This document shows, one piece after another, positions 25,295 through 32,165 of a stretch of 53,830 nt of DNA; within the stretch, counting starts at the first letter, position 1, and every line of letters starts with the position of its first letter. The DNA lies in assembly GCA_937900185.1 (NCBI GenBank), contig CALCCW010000229.1:1-53830 (forward strand). The letters are read 5' to 3'. The notes under the pieces are model-generated. The model saw only the letters and a program-made list of their open reading frames with translations, did no database searches and was not told the DNA's origin. Origin of the DNA: an uncultured candidate division Zixibacteria bacterium (GTDB lineage Bacteria; Zixibacteria; MSB-5A5; GN15; FEB-12). Position numbers and translations under genes: made by a program.

Positions 25295-25410
25295 GTGGGA
25301 GCGGTAGGGATTTGCACCCTACATGGTTATTCTATGAGTACCCTAGTTACTTAGTTCACCAGCCAGCAACCTCTTCTCTTGTTAACGTCTACCTATTCCG
25401 CCACACTCCC
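25293..25410 (-). ncRNA. 118-nt tRNA-like element: tRNA-Leu-like acceptor stem, D-arm, T-arm and encoded CCA, but a non-canonical 62-nt core
   Basis: 5' GGGAGUG pairs with CGCUCCC, followed by A-CCA. UGGCGGAAUAGGUAGACG closely resembles the bacterial tRNA-Leu D-arm. The T-arm is GUAGGG-UGCAAAU-CCCUAC. No 5-bp/7-nt anticodon arm could be found between positions 27 and 88. Confidence 0.45.
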
Positions 25411-25448
25411 GTATTGTTATTTATATCTCTTATATGTTATTTTAACTT

Positions 25449-25817
25449 TCATTGTTTAATCTCCTTAACGTGTATCGTCCCAACTACTTCGCACTTTGCT
25501 ATATCAATCCACTTCTGATATAACGGCATACCGGTTTTCCATTCTTTTGTATTTTCGTTTTTAATCCACCAACGAGATTCCTCTTCGTTCCATAATACAG
25601 AGAATATCCTTCCCATTCTGCCTTTGATTTTATCGCCATCGGAAATCAGAGTTCCATTACAGTCTTTAATGCCCGTGCAAAATTCAATAACTCGCCCTTT
25701 TGTGTGCGGACGATTATTATGCCAGAGATTACCTGAGGTATCAATTTTCATTATGTCTTTTTCATAATTAGAATGATATTCACACCATACTCTGAATCTT
25801 AATCTATCGTTATTCAT
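25449..25817 (-). CDS. YopX-family protein
   Basis: RFRVW..., FCTGIKDCNGTLISDGDKI, VVGTIH; typical YopX pattern. Confidence 0.65.
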   Translation of the reverse strand: MNNDRLRFRVWCEYHSNYEKDIMKIDTSGNLWHNNRPHTKGRVIEFCTGIKDCNGTLISDGDKIKGRMGRIFSVLWNEEESRWWIKNENTKEWKTGMPLYQKWIDIAKCEVVGTIHVKEIKQ

Positions 25818-25821
25818 CGCT

Positions 25822-25835
25822 CAATCTCCGTATTA
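25822..25835 (-). promoter_or_regulatory. Start-associated motif TAATACGGAGATTG, 4 nt before ATG 25817
   Basis: Minus-strand read: TAATACGGAGATTGAGCGATG. Confidence 0.65.
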
Positions 25836-25928
25836 TTTACCTAACCATTGTTCTATTGATATTACTGCACAAAGAAGTATAAATAATAATATTGCTATTC
25901 CGATAGACAATAAAAAATCAATAAACAT
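25833..25928 (-). CDS. 31-aa membrane peptide
   Basis: Not in the track. MFIDFLLSIGIAILLFILLCAVISIEQWLGK, preceded by GACGGAGATTAAAG. Confidence 0.45.
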   Translation of the reverse strand: MFIDFLLSIGIAILLFILLCAVISIEQWLGK

Positions 25929-25945
25929 CTTTAATCTCCGTCTTA

Positions 25946-26140
25946 TTACTCGTAACGCTCACTCTTAAGATATTCAGCAATGCTTTTAATATCTTTCTTA
26001 CCCCAATTATCTGCTGACTTAACTGTTGCACCTGCCGCATCAAGTATAGCACAAACACGACAATATGGGCATCCGTCACAATCAGTATCACATCTATTAT
26101 AGATTTCTCTTAATTCTTTCTGTTGTATAAATATTCTCAT
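25946..26140 (-). CDS. Small Cys-rich protein
   Basis: 64 aa; CDTDCDGCPYCRVC. Confidence 0.55.
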   Translation of the reverse strand: MRIFIQQKELREIYNRCDTDCDGCPYCRVCAILDAAGATVKSADNWGKKDIKSIAEYLKSERYE

Positions 26141-26496
26141 TTTTTATCTCCTATAGTAATTAATTTCATTGCTTCTTTTTTGGTTGCAATACGAGCATTG
26201 TCCCACCAGTGTCCATTAGCATAATATTGAGAACTGCAATGTTCAGTTACCACAAAAATACTACCTTCATCTTTATCATATACCATGCATAATTTACCTA
26301 CAAGCTCTTCACCTATAGGTTTGTCCCATTCGGGACACCAGTAAGCATTACTATTATGCATAGGTTGAGGTGTTAAGATCTCAACCCACCCTTCTACAGG
26401 TGTATACATAATAAGTGTTTTACAATTATATAAAATCTTTCGTTCTTCAGGAGTTGTCATTCCAAACACAACACCTTTTCTGTTTTTGTCAATCAT
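26137..26496 (-). CDS. Hypothetical protein
   Basis: The track start at 26502 is TTG. ATG 26496 is preceded by AATACGGAGATTGATT. Confidence 0.6.
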   Translation of the reverse strand: MIDKNRKGVVFGMTTPEERKILYNCKTLIMYTPVEGWVEILTPQPMHNSNAYWCPEWDKPIGEELVGKLCMVYDKDEGSIFVVTEHCSSQYYANGHWWDNARIATKKEAMKLITIGDKK

Positions 26497-26499
26497 AAT

Positions 26500-26513
26500 C
26501 AATCTCCGTATTA
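26500..26513 (-). promoter_or_regulatory. Start-associated motif TAATACGGAGATTG, 3 nt before ATG 26496
   Basis: Minus-strand read: TAATACGGAGATTGATTATG. Confidence 0.65.
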
Positions 26514-26524
26514 TTTAAATGACA

Positions 26525-27376
26525 TTATGCAAAATCCGGTACAGTATAAGGTATATCATAAATGTCAAGTTCTTTCTGGATTGCTTGGTGAAATTCCAAA
26601 TCCGAAACTTCAGCATTAACCCAACCTAAAGTTACATTTATAATATTAGGTCCGAGTAAACCATGTAACATTTCCTGTATGTCATGTATTTCTCCAGGTC
26701 TACGTAACTTCTTTTTACTCTTGGGTTTAGAGTCTTTAAACTTATCAATATTAACCTTTTTATCGCCCTTATTAGTCTTAATAACACGACATAATTCATA
26801 CTGTTTCTCAGGCTCTTTACGAAGAGTATATAAATCTCTAATATTATTTGTTGTAAATTTACAACGCAATACCTCTTCCTGTATATCTTCAGGAATTGTC
26901 GTAAACATGTTGCGTACTTGACACCAACCGAAACTCATGCCAATTTTATCTGCAATCTGTTGTAAACTCATACCAGTATTGCGTAGAGTTTCAACACCTT
27001 TAGCTTCTTGAGCAATGTTTAAATCTTCTCTTTGAACATTCTCTGTTAAGTTAGTGAGAATCATTTGTGTTAATGATAAGTCTTTCAATATACAATCAAA
27101 CTCTTTATCACCGTTTACTAACAATGCTGTATAACGTCTATGTCCTGCTACAAGCTGGTATTGGAAACCATTCTCTGTAGCGACCTCACTTCTACTAACA
27201 ATAAGCGGATTCTGTAAGCCGTTTTCAGCTATATCAGCGGCTAATGCCAGTGTTTTTGGTGCTGAGGGATTTACCTTACCACGACAGTTAAAATCCCAAT
27301 CTACGAATAATTCCTTTTTCTTGACTTTAATCAGTTGCATTCCTTTAACTTTTTCCATTACTTTAACTTTTTCCAT
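26525..27376 (-). CDS. ParB/Srx-domain protein with HTH (ParB-like 2)
   Basis: NPLIVSR...YQLVAGHRRYTAL, LTENVQREDLN, and the HTH MSLQQIADKIGMS. AAGGAG RBS. Confidence 0.8.
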   Translation of the reverse strand: MEKVKVMEKVKGMQLIKVKKKELFVDWDFNCRGKVNPSAPKTLALAADIAENGLQNPLIVSRSEVATENGFQYQLVAGHRRYTALLVNGDKEFDCILKDLSLTQMILTNLTENVQREDLNIAQEAKGVETLRNTGMSLQQIADKIGMSFGWCQVRNMFTTIPEDIQEEVLRCKFTTNNIRDLYTLRKEPEKQYELCRVIKTNKGDKKVNIDKFKDSKPKSKKKLRRPGEIHDIQEMLHGLLGPNIINVTLGWVNAEVSDLEFHQAIQKELDIYDIPYTVPDFA

Positions 27377-27415
27377 TTTCTTGCTCCTTTATAGCTTTTA
27401 ATACATACACTACAA

Positions 27416-27625
27416 TTAAATTAAACCTAACCTTTCTTTCATCATTTTACGTTTACCTTGTGGACTCTTACAGAAATCAATTTTCTTCTGTTTAGACTCT
27501 TGTAATTCTTCCAAAGCAATATCAGTATCTGTTGTATAACCACAATACCGACATTGTATATGGTTGTCATTAACTACTGCTTTTTTACCACACTTTTCAC
27601 ATCTGATATTAAAATTATATATCAT
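27416..27625 (-). CDS. Zinc-ribbon protein
   Basis: 69 aa; CEKCGKK...CRYCGY. Confidence 0.55.
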   Translation of the reverse strand: MIYNFNIRCEKCGKKAVVNDNHIQCRYCGYTTDTDIALEELQESKQKKIDFCKSPQGKRKMMKERLGLI

Positions 27626-27906
27626 GACAACTCCTTCACATATTTTTCAGACTCTAATATCAATGCATGTTTACCGTCATACCAAGCAGTATTTACCCAC
27701 TTATAAAATATATCATAAGTTCCTGCACCTATATCATTAGGATCACATTCATGCAGTTTTGTCTTTTTAGTATAGACTTGAATTATTTTAACTTTCTCTA
27801 ACCACCTTAATTCATTATCTATAATTAGTGGCAATATCAAAAACTTCTCTTTAACTCTAACTGTATTTTCAGCAATAACCTTTATTTTTTTAAATCTGTA
27901 TTTCAT
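27622..27906 (-). CDS. Hypothetical protein
   Basis: 94 aa, preceded by CAATACGGAGATTAAAA. Confidence 0.6.
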   Translation of the reverse strand: MKYRFKKIKVIAENTVRVKEKFLILPLIIDNELRWLEKVKIIQVYTKKTKLHECDPNDIGAGTYDIFYKWVNTAWYDGKHALILESEKYVKELS

Positions 27907-27909
27907 TTT

Positions 27910-27923
27910 TAATCTCCGTATTG
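27910..27923 (-). promoter_or_regulatory. Start-associated motif CAATACGGAGATTA, 3 nt before ATG 27906
   Basis: Minus-strand read: CAATACGGAGATTAAAAATG. It starts right after the SNF2 stop codon. Confidence 0.65.
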
Positions 27924-29453
27924 TTATGACCTATTCCATTCTATTTTTTCAAGCTCTAACATCATTTCCTGCATAGTAACTTTCTGTAATTTTTTCTTAT
28001 TCTCTAAATTACAGCGTACATACTTATCTGTAGGTAAATGATATAAGTCAATGATATTTGCTCCTAAACATCCTGGTCTGTGAATACGGTCTTCACTTTG
28101 CATACGTGATTCACCATCAAAATCATTACTGTAATAAATGATAGTGTCACTAGCAGTTAAGTTCAAGCCCGTGCCACCGGATTTAGGGTGATTAACGAAC
28201 GCTATTTTCTCATCAATACTGGTATCCATAAACTTCTTAAGTGTTTCTGCGATATCAGCATCAGCGGCATTAATTGTCATCCAACCTAAACTGGTCATTC
28301 TCTCACGAACCCATTTCACAGACTCAATATATCCTGCAAATATCACAACACGGTTTTTTCCAGTAACTAATTCTTCTAATATCTCAATCTTAGGATTATC
28401 AGTAACACGAATTGCTTTACCATCGCTATAAATAAATCCATCAGATAGTTGCCTACATTTATTTAATGCTTCAATAGTAGTACCCGCATTCTTCAATAAG
28501 AAGTTATAACGTTGATACACTTTACCGGTCATCGGTAACACATATTCCGTATATACTTTCTCCGGTAAATCGAGACATTTATCTTTGTCAATGAATATGG
28601 TTATTTTATCTTCCAACGATTCACGGAATTTATTTAATTCATCTTCTTTCCATGATTCGACCTTACTGTAAGAATGACTCTGTTCCGTGCCATCATCCTC
28701 ACTTAAATCTACTGTTACTACATTTGCTACTCGTTCACGGAATTTGTAAATATCGCCTTCAGGGATAAATCCGGGACACAATGTTTCAATTTGATTCCAC
28801 CAATCTAATGGGTCTTTCGGTGCAGGAGTACCTGTCATTGCAATAATGAATGGGTTATCATGTTCTTCTCTCATAGCATCAGTTAAGTGCATAGCCGATT
28901 GACTGCGAATACTGGTATTATTTTTAATCTTATGTGACTCATCAAATATCACTCCCAACGGGGCTACACCATCATAATTCTTTAAGTGTCTTGTTAAGCC
29001 TTCATAAGTCTGGAAGAATGGATATACATGACAATCCCATTTTTCCATTTCCATCTTAACAGATAATAATGCTGAACGTGGTGCTATATACCACCAATCG
29101 CTGACACCGCTATGTTCCATTATTTCTATTGCAGAGAGAGTTTTACCGACACCCATTGTAGCCGCTATAAAACAAATATGCTTATTTAAAGCGAATTTAA
29201 CTATATCAGCTTGGTGTTGATAAATTGGTCTTGTAAAAGTTATATCAATATTGGTATCATTTTCCCATTGTTCATAGACATTAATACCCTGTATAGCTGA
29301 TAATACAAAACGATTGTGTGGGTTGTCAAGAACTTCCCATACTTTAATTTCAGGTTTCCATCTTGCACTTTTAAGTTTCTTGACTTTTTCAATTAGGCTT
29401 GGAGAATAACCGAATTTAAGAATAAGGTTAGTTCCTTTTTTGAAGATATTCAT
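27924..29453 (-). CDS. SNF2-family (SF2) helicase/ATPase
   Basis: ATMGVGKT (Walker A), IFDESHKIKN (DExH) and GGTGLNLTASDTIIYY...QSEDRIHRPG (motifs V-VI). The track start at 29486 is TTG; ATG 29453 follows GAGGA. Confidence 0.9.
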   Translation of the reverse strand: MNIFKKGTNLILKFGYSPSLIEKVKKLKSARWKPEIKVWEVLDNPHNRFVLSAIQGINVYEQWENDTNIDITFTRPIYQHQADIVKFALNKHICFIAATMGVGKTLSAIEIMEHSGVSDWWYIAPRSALLSVKMEMEKWDCHVYPFFQTYEGLTRHLKNYDGVAPLGVIFDESHKIKNNTSIRSQSAMHLTDAMREEHDNPFIIAMTGTPAPKDPLDWWNQIETLCPGFIPEGDIYKFRERVANVVTVDLSEDDGTEQSHSYSKVESWKEDELNKFRESLEDKITIFIDKDKCLDLPEKVYTEYVLPMTGKVYQRYNFLLKNAGTTIEALNKCRQLSDGFIYSDGKAIRVTDNPKIEILEELVTGKNRVVIFAGYIESVKWVRERMTSLGWMTINAADADIAETLKKFMDTSIDEKIAFVNHPKSGGTGLNLTASDTIIYYSNDFDGESRMQSEDRIHRPGCLGANIIDLYHLPTDKYVRCNLENKKKLQKVTMQEMMLELEKIEWNRS

Positions 29454-29483
29454 TGCCTGTTCCTCATTTTTATTATTGGTAAT

Positions 29484-29497
29484 CAATACGAGTATTG
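29484..29497. promoter_or_regulatory. Single palindromic unit CAATAC-GA-GTATTG upstream of the SNF2 gene
   Basis: Perfect 6+6 inverted repeat, same family as the arrays at 21.1, 31.6 and 32.2 kb. Confidence 0.6.
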
Positions 29498-29620
29498 AAA
29501 AAGCAGTTTAACGTGATACTTAGCACGTTACGTTATAGTCGTAATAGACTGCAATGGAATGTTTCCACACCATCTAAGTATTATAGCTACTCACGGTCAG
29601 TTTAACCTGCACGATAGCTA

Positions 29621-30217
29621 TTAATCTTCTTCGTCCGGCAAAACGTTTTCAGCGTTTTTAAAATCACCTACGACATCATTTGTGTCATCAGGCAAATCTA
29701 TAGTTTTCGCTGTACCTTCGCTTTTGTAAGAAAACCATTTAAATTTATCATTACTACACTGGTCAACTTTCAAATGAGAGCAAGCACCCATATGTTTTGC
29801 AATGCTTTTACCACGTCTTTTTGCCGTTGTACTTTTCAGATAAAACGTGCAGAATCCGTGTTCAGTATAAAAGATAAATTCAGGTCCGCTTGTTGCATAA
29901 TCTTCCTCTTTTGCTTCTTCAGCAATCTTTGCAAATTCGGCATGATTCTGGTCATAAACAATACGGAGTTTAGGTTCAAATGCTAATGCTTTTGCTCTCA
30001 TTGCAAGAACCATTACATCAATTTCAGTACCTAAATCTATAGACTCTTCACCATCTTTCAGATAGAAGTGTCCTACCGATATAGAACCATCTTGACAACA
30101 TGCACTGTTACCACAGCTGATTTCCAATCTCGGCATTGTATCATAACCTGCGAACAGGTCATTGAAATTTTCAAGAGCCGAAGCATCTTGAACCATCAGT
30201 TCGTTCTTTTTAGCCAT
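29621..30217 (-). CDS. Hypothetical protein with acidic C-terminal tail (possible ssDNA-binding protein)
   Basis: 198 aa ending ...NVLPDEED. Located in the replication module. The functional call is weak. Confidence 0.3.
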   Translation of the reverse strand: MAKKNELMVQDASALENFNDLFAGYDTMPRLEISCGNSACCQDGSISVGHFYLKDGEESIDLGTEIDVMVLAMRAKALAFEPKLRIVYDQNHAEFAKIAEEAKEEDYATSGPEFIFYTEHGFCTFYLKSTTAKRRGKSIAKHMGACSHLKVDQCSNDKFKWFSYKSEGTAKTIDLPDDTNDVVGDFKNAENVLPDEED

Positions 30218-30252
30218 TTTGACTTTTTCTCCTTGCCCTTTCGGGGCTTAAA

Positions 30253-30424
30253 AATCCTAGTATTGTAATTGGTCCTTTACCTGACGAGCAGTAATGCTAC
30301 AGCCCCGTTTAACACGTAACTGATGGCTCACCGTCATGCCACTTAAATTAGAAACTACTCTAACTGCATTTTATTTAAATTTACATTTAGTAAGTCTGTA
30401 AAGGACCAATACAATACTAGGATT
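30253..30424. repeat. Long inverted repeat (28/27-bp arms, one indel) enclosing 117 nt; candidate structured RNA or DNA cruciform
   Basis: Arms are AATCCTAGTATTGTAATTGGTCCTTTAC (30253-80) and GTAAAGGACCAATACAATACTAGGATT (30398-424). They contain CAATAC/GTATTG half-sites. Confidence 0.85.
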
Positions 30425-30477
30425 GTGTTTAATTAATTACCGAATGTAATTAATATACTGTTACAGAACCTAAAAGG

Positions 30478-31416
30478 TTATTTTGTATTTGCTTCGTCAA
30501 GAAGTGCTTGAGCTTTGGCTCTTTTAGCTTCTTCACGTTTCTTAGCCGCAATAGCTTGACGCTCATCTTTTTCTTTCTTGAGCTGTTCAAATTTAGCTCT
30601 GCCAGCATCAATACTGAGATCATCCATCTGAACAATCCATTTGATTACAGCCTGTCCGCCTTCAACAGCGTTTTTGCAATCTGCAACAATTTCTTTCACA
30701 ACAGACATATCTGCATACAGGTCTTTAATCTCTGTATTTTTACGAACTTTAGGTTCGGGCATAAATTCAGTAACAGTCTGTCCACGTTTTTCTTTCTTAA
30801 TATCATTAAGACGTGCTTTAACTGTAGGACCAAATTCACTTGCAGGTTCTGTAAGTGCGGCTGACAAGTAATTAGCTTGTTCATCAGACGGAAGTTTAGC
30901 AAGACTAAAAGCATTACTAAGCCCAATATCTCCGTTGTCAACTTTCTTCTGAATATCAGCATTGAGTTTCAACAAACCTATGCGTTCATTCAGCCATTGT
31001 TCAGTACAACAAAGCATTCCACACAATTCTTTAAATGTCATTGTAGGACGTTCACCGAAGATTTTAATAATCTGACGGGTGTACTCAATAGGTTTAGTTT
31101 TGACTCTGCGTGAGTTACTGATAATCTGAGCAATCGCCATTTCTTCATCGCCCATTTCAACGATATTACATGGAATCCCTTCAAGACCAAGTTCTTTACT
31201 TGATGTGTAACGTTGCAAACCATTAACAAGTACATACTTGCCTTTTTCTTCAGTCTTCTTAACACAAATAGAATCTGTAACACCGATCTTAGCGATTGAA
31301 TCTCTCAACTGCTTGTAATCTTCACCCTCGGTGTTTACTGAACGCAATGCAATTTCACTTGTTTCGATGTTTTCAAGTTTTACTACAGCGACTTCAATCT
31401 TTCTTTTCTCTGACAT
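30478..31416 (-). CDS. ParB-like protein 1
   Basis: KYVLVNGLQRYTSSKELGLEGIPCNIV..., ISNSRRVKTKPIEY (ParB box-like), with a Lys/Glu-rich C-terminus. AGGAG RBS. Confidence 0.7.
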   Translation of the reverse strand: MSEKRKIEVAVVKLENIETSEIALRSVNTEGEDYKQLRDSIAKIGVTDSICVKKTEEKGKYVLVNGLQRYTSSKELGLEGIPCNIVEMGDEEMAIAQIISNSRRVKTKPIEYTRQIIKIFGERPTMTFKELCGMLCCTEQWLNERIGLLKLNADIQKKVDNGDIGLSNAFSLAKLPSDEQANYLSAALTEPASEFGPTVKARLNDIKKEKRGQTVTEFMPEPKVRKNTEIKDLYADMSVVKEIVADCKNAVEGGQAVIKWIVQMDDLSIDAGRAKFEQLKKEKDERQAIAAKKREEAKRAKAQALLDEANTK

Positions 31417-31510
31417 GATAATGTCTCCTGTTACCTAAGTTACTTTCCAATATCAGTATTCCTTAAACTTGACGGTGTACTTCGCACGGTCTCTTAACAA
31501 TACCAGTATT

Positions 31511-31552
31511 AAAAAAAGGGTTACATTATGACAGACAAGCATAATGTAACCC
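31511..31552 (-). terminator. Intrinsic terminator oriented for the minus strand, with no upstream minus-strand gene
   Basis: Minus-strand read: GGGTTACATTATG-cttgtctgt-CATAATGTAACCC followed by TTTTTTT. Confidence 0.75.
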
Positions 31553-31593
31553 ATAACCTTAAAGGTTTAAATTAAATGTTGTGTCTGTGATCA

Positions 31594-31649
31594 CAATACC
31601 AATATTGCAATATCCATATTACAATACCGTATTGACAATACCGTATTAA
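31594..31649. repeat. Array F1: four exact-phase tandem 14-bp units
   Basis: CAATACCAATATTG / CAATATCCATATTA / CAATACCGTATTGA / CAATACCGTATTAA. Confidence 0.9.
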
Positions 31650-31717
31650 TTTTGTGAGCGTAATTAAAAATCACACTCAAAAATCTAACTCAAATATAAG
31701 TTACCATTCATTATTAA

Positions 31718-31784
31718 AAAGTCAAGTGTTATTAGTAAAATAATTCAATATTTTTTCCTTTATAATATAATGAATTTGCGTGTA
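31718..31784 (+). repeat. Conserved block Z, copy F
   Basis: AAAGTCAAG...TAAAATAATTCAAT...TATAATATAATGAATTTGCGTGTA is similar to 21239-21303. It contains TTCAAT-16 nt-TATAAT on the plus strand. Confidence 0.75.
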
Positions 31785-31895
31785 ACACGTTAAACTTAAA
31801 AGTCAAGTCAATTACTGAAAATACTGTTTTATTTTTTCAGTAAGGAAAAACAGTAAATTGATAAAACGTTTAAACAGAATAACTTATACCGGAAA

Positions 31896-31975
31896 TTACT
31901 AATATACTGTTCTTTATATTTATTACTTATAGAACATAATCAAGTTAGTGTTTATATATAGAGATAGGAAAAAAC
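31896..31975 (-). repeat. Repeat element Y, copy F (inverted relative to 12959-13040)
   Basis: The reverse complement reads TTTTTTCCTATCTCTATATATAAACACTAAC...AACAGTATATTAGTAA. Confidence 0.8.
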
Positions 31976-32089
31976 AGTAAAATAGTATGAATAAGACTTG
32001 AAATATGTTTTTCCGGTGTTAAATTAAATTATATGCGGAATATATCGTTTAATCATTAACGTTTAAACTATTAAATTAAGCTATTCCGC

Positions 32090-32145
32090 TAACGTGAGTA
32101 CGTTGAAAACAGTTTAAACGTATATGAGTATAGATTAGGTTTAAG
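32090..32145 (+). repeat. Repeat element X, copy F
   Basis: TAACGTGAGTACGTTGAAAACAGTTTAAACGTATATGAGTATAGATTAGGTTTAAG, compared with 12801-12853. Confidence 0.85.
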
Positions 32146-32165
32146 ATTGCTTAGAATTGTTTAGT

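Noticed and set aside
25293-25410. Calling this a bona fide tRNA-Leu gene.
   Set aside because: At 118 nt it is too long, and no canonical anticodon stem-loop exists in the 62-nt core. The T-stem has 6 bp and the T-loop reads UGC instead of UUC. It is kept only as a tRNA-like ncRNA candidate.
30281-30310. CTGACGAG resembling the hammerhead ribozyme CUGANGA core inside the long inverted repeat.
   Set aside because: The following helix (GCA-guaa-UGC) is not followed by the obligatory GAAA, and no stem I/III or cleavage-site context could be built.
30253-30424. MITE or miniature transposon defined by the 27/28-bp terminal inverted repeats.
   Set aside because: No target-site duplication flanks the arms (TTAAAA versus TGTGTT), and no second copy exists in the window. 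It is retained only as an alternative in the finding.
30508-31283. Several plus- and minus-strand ORFs (30508..30864, 30641..30871, 30696..30962, 30877..31113, 31038..31283, 30450..30635).
   Set aside because: All overlap the ParB-like gene 30478..31416 in other frames, and only that frame has family motifs and an RBS.
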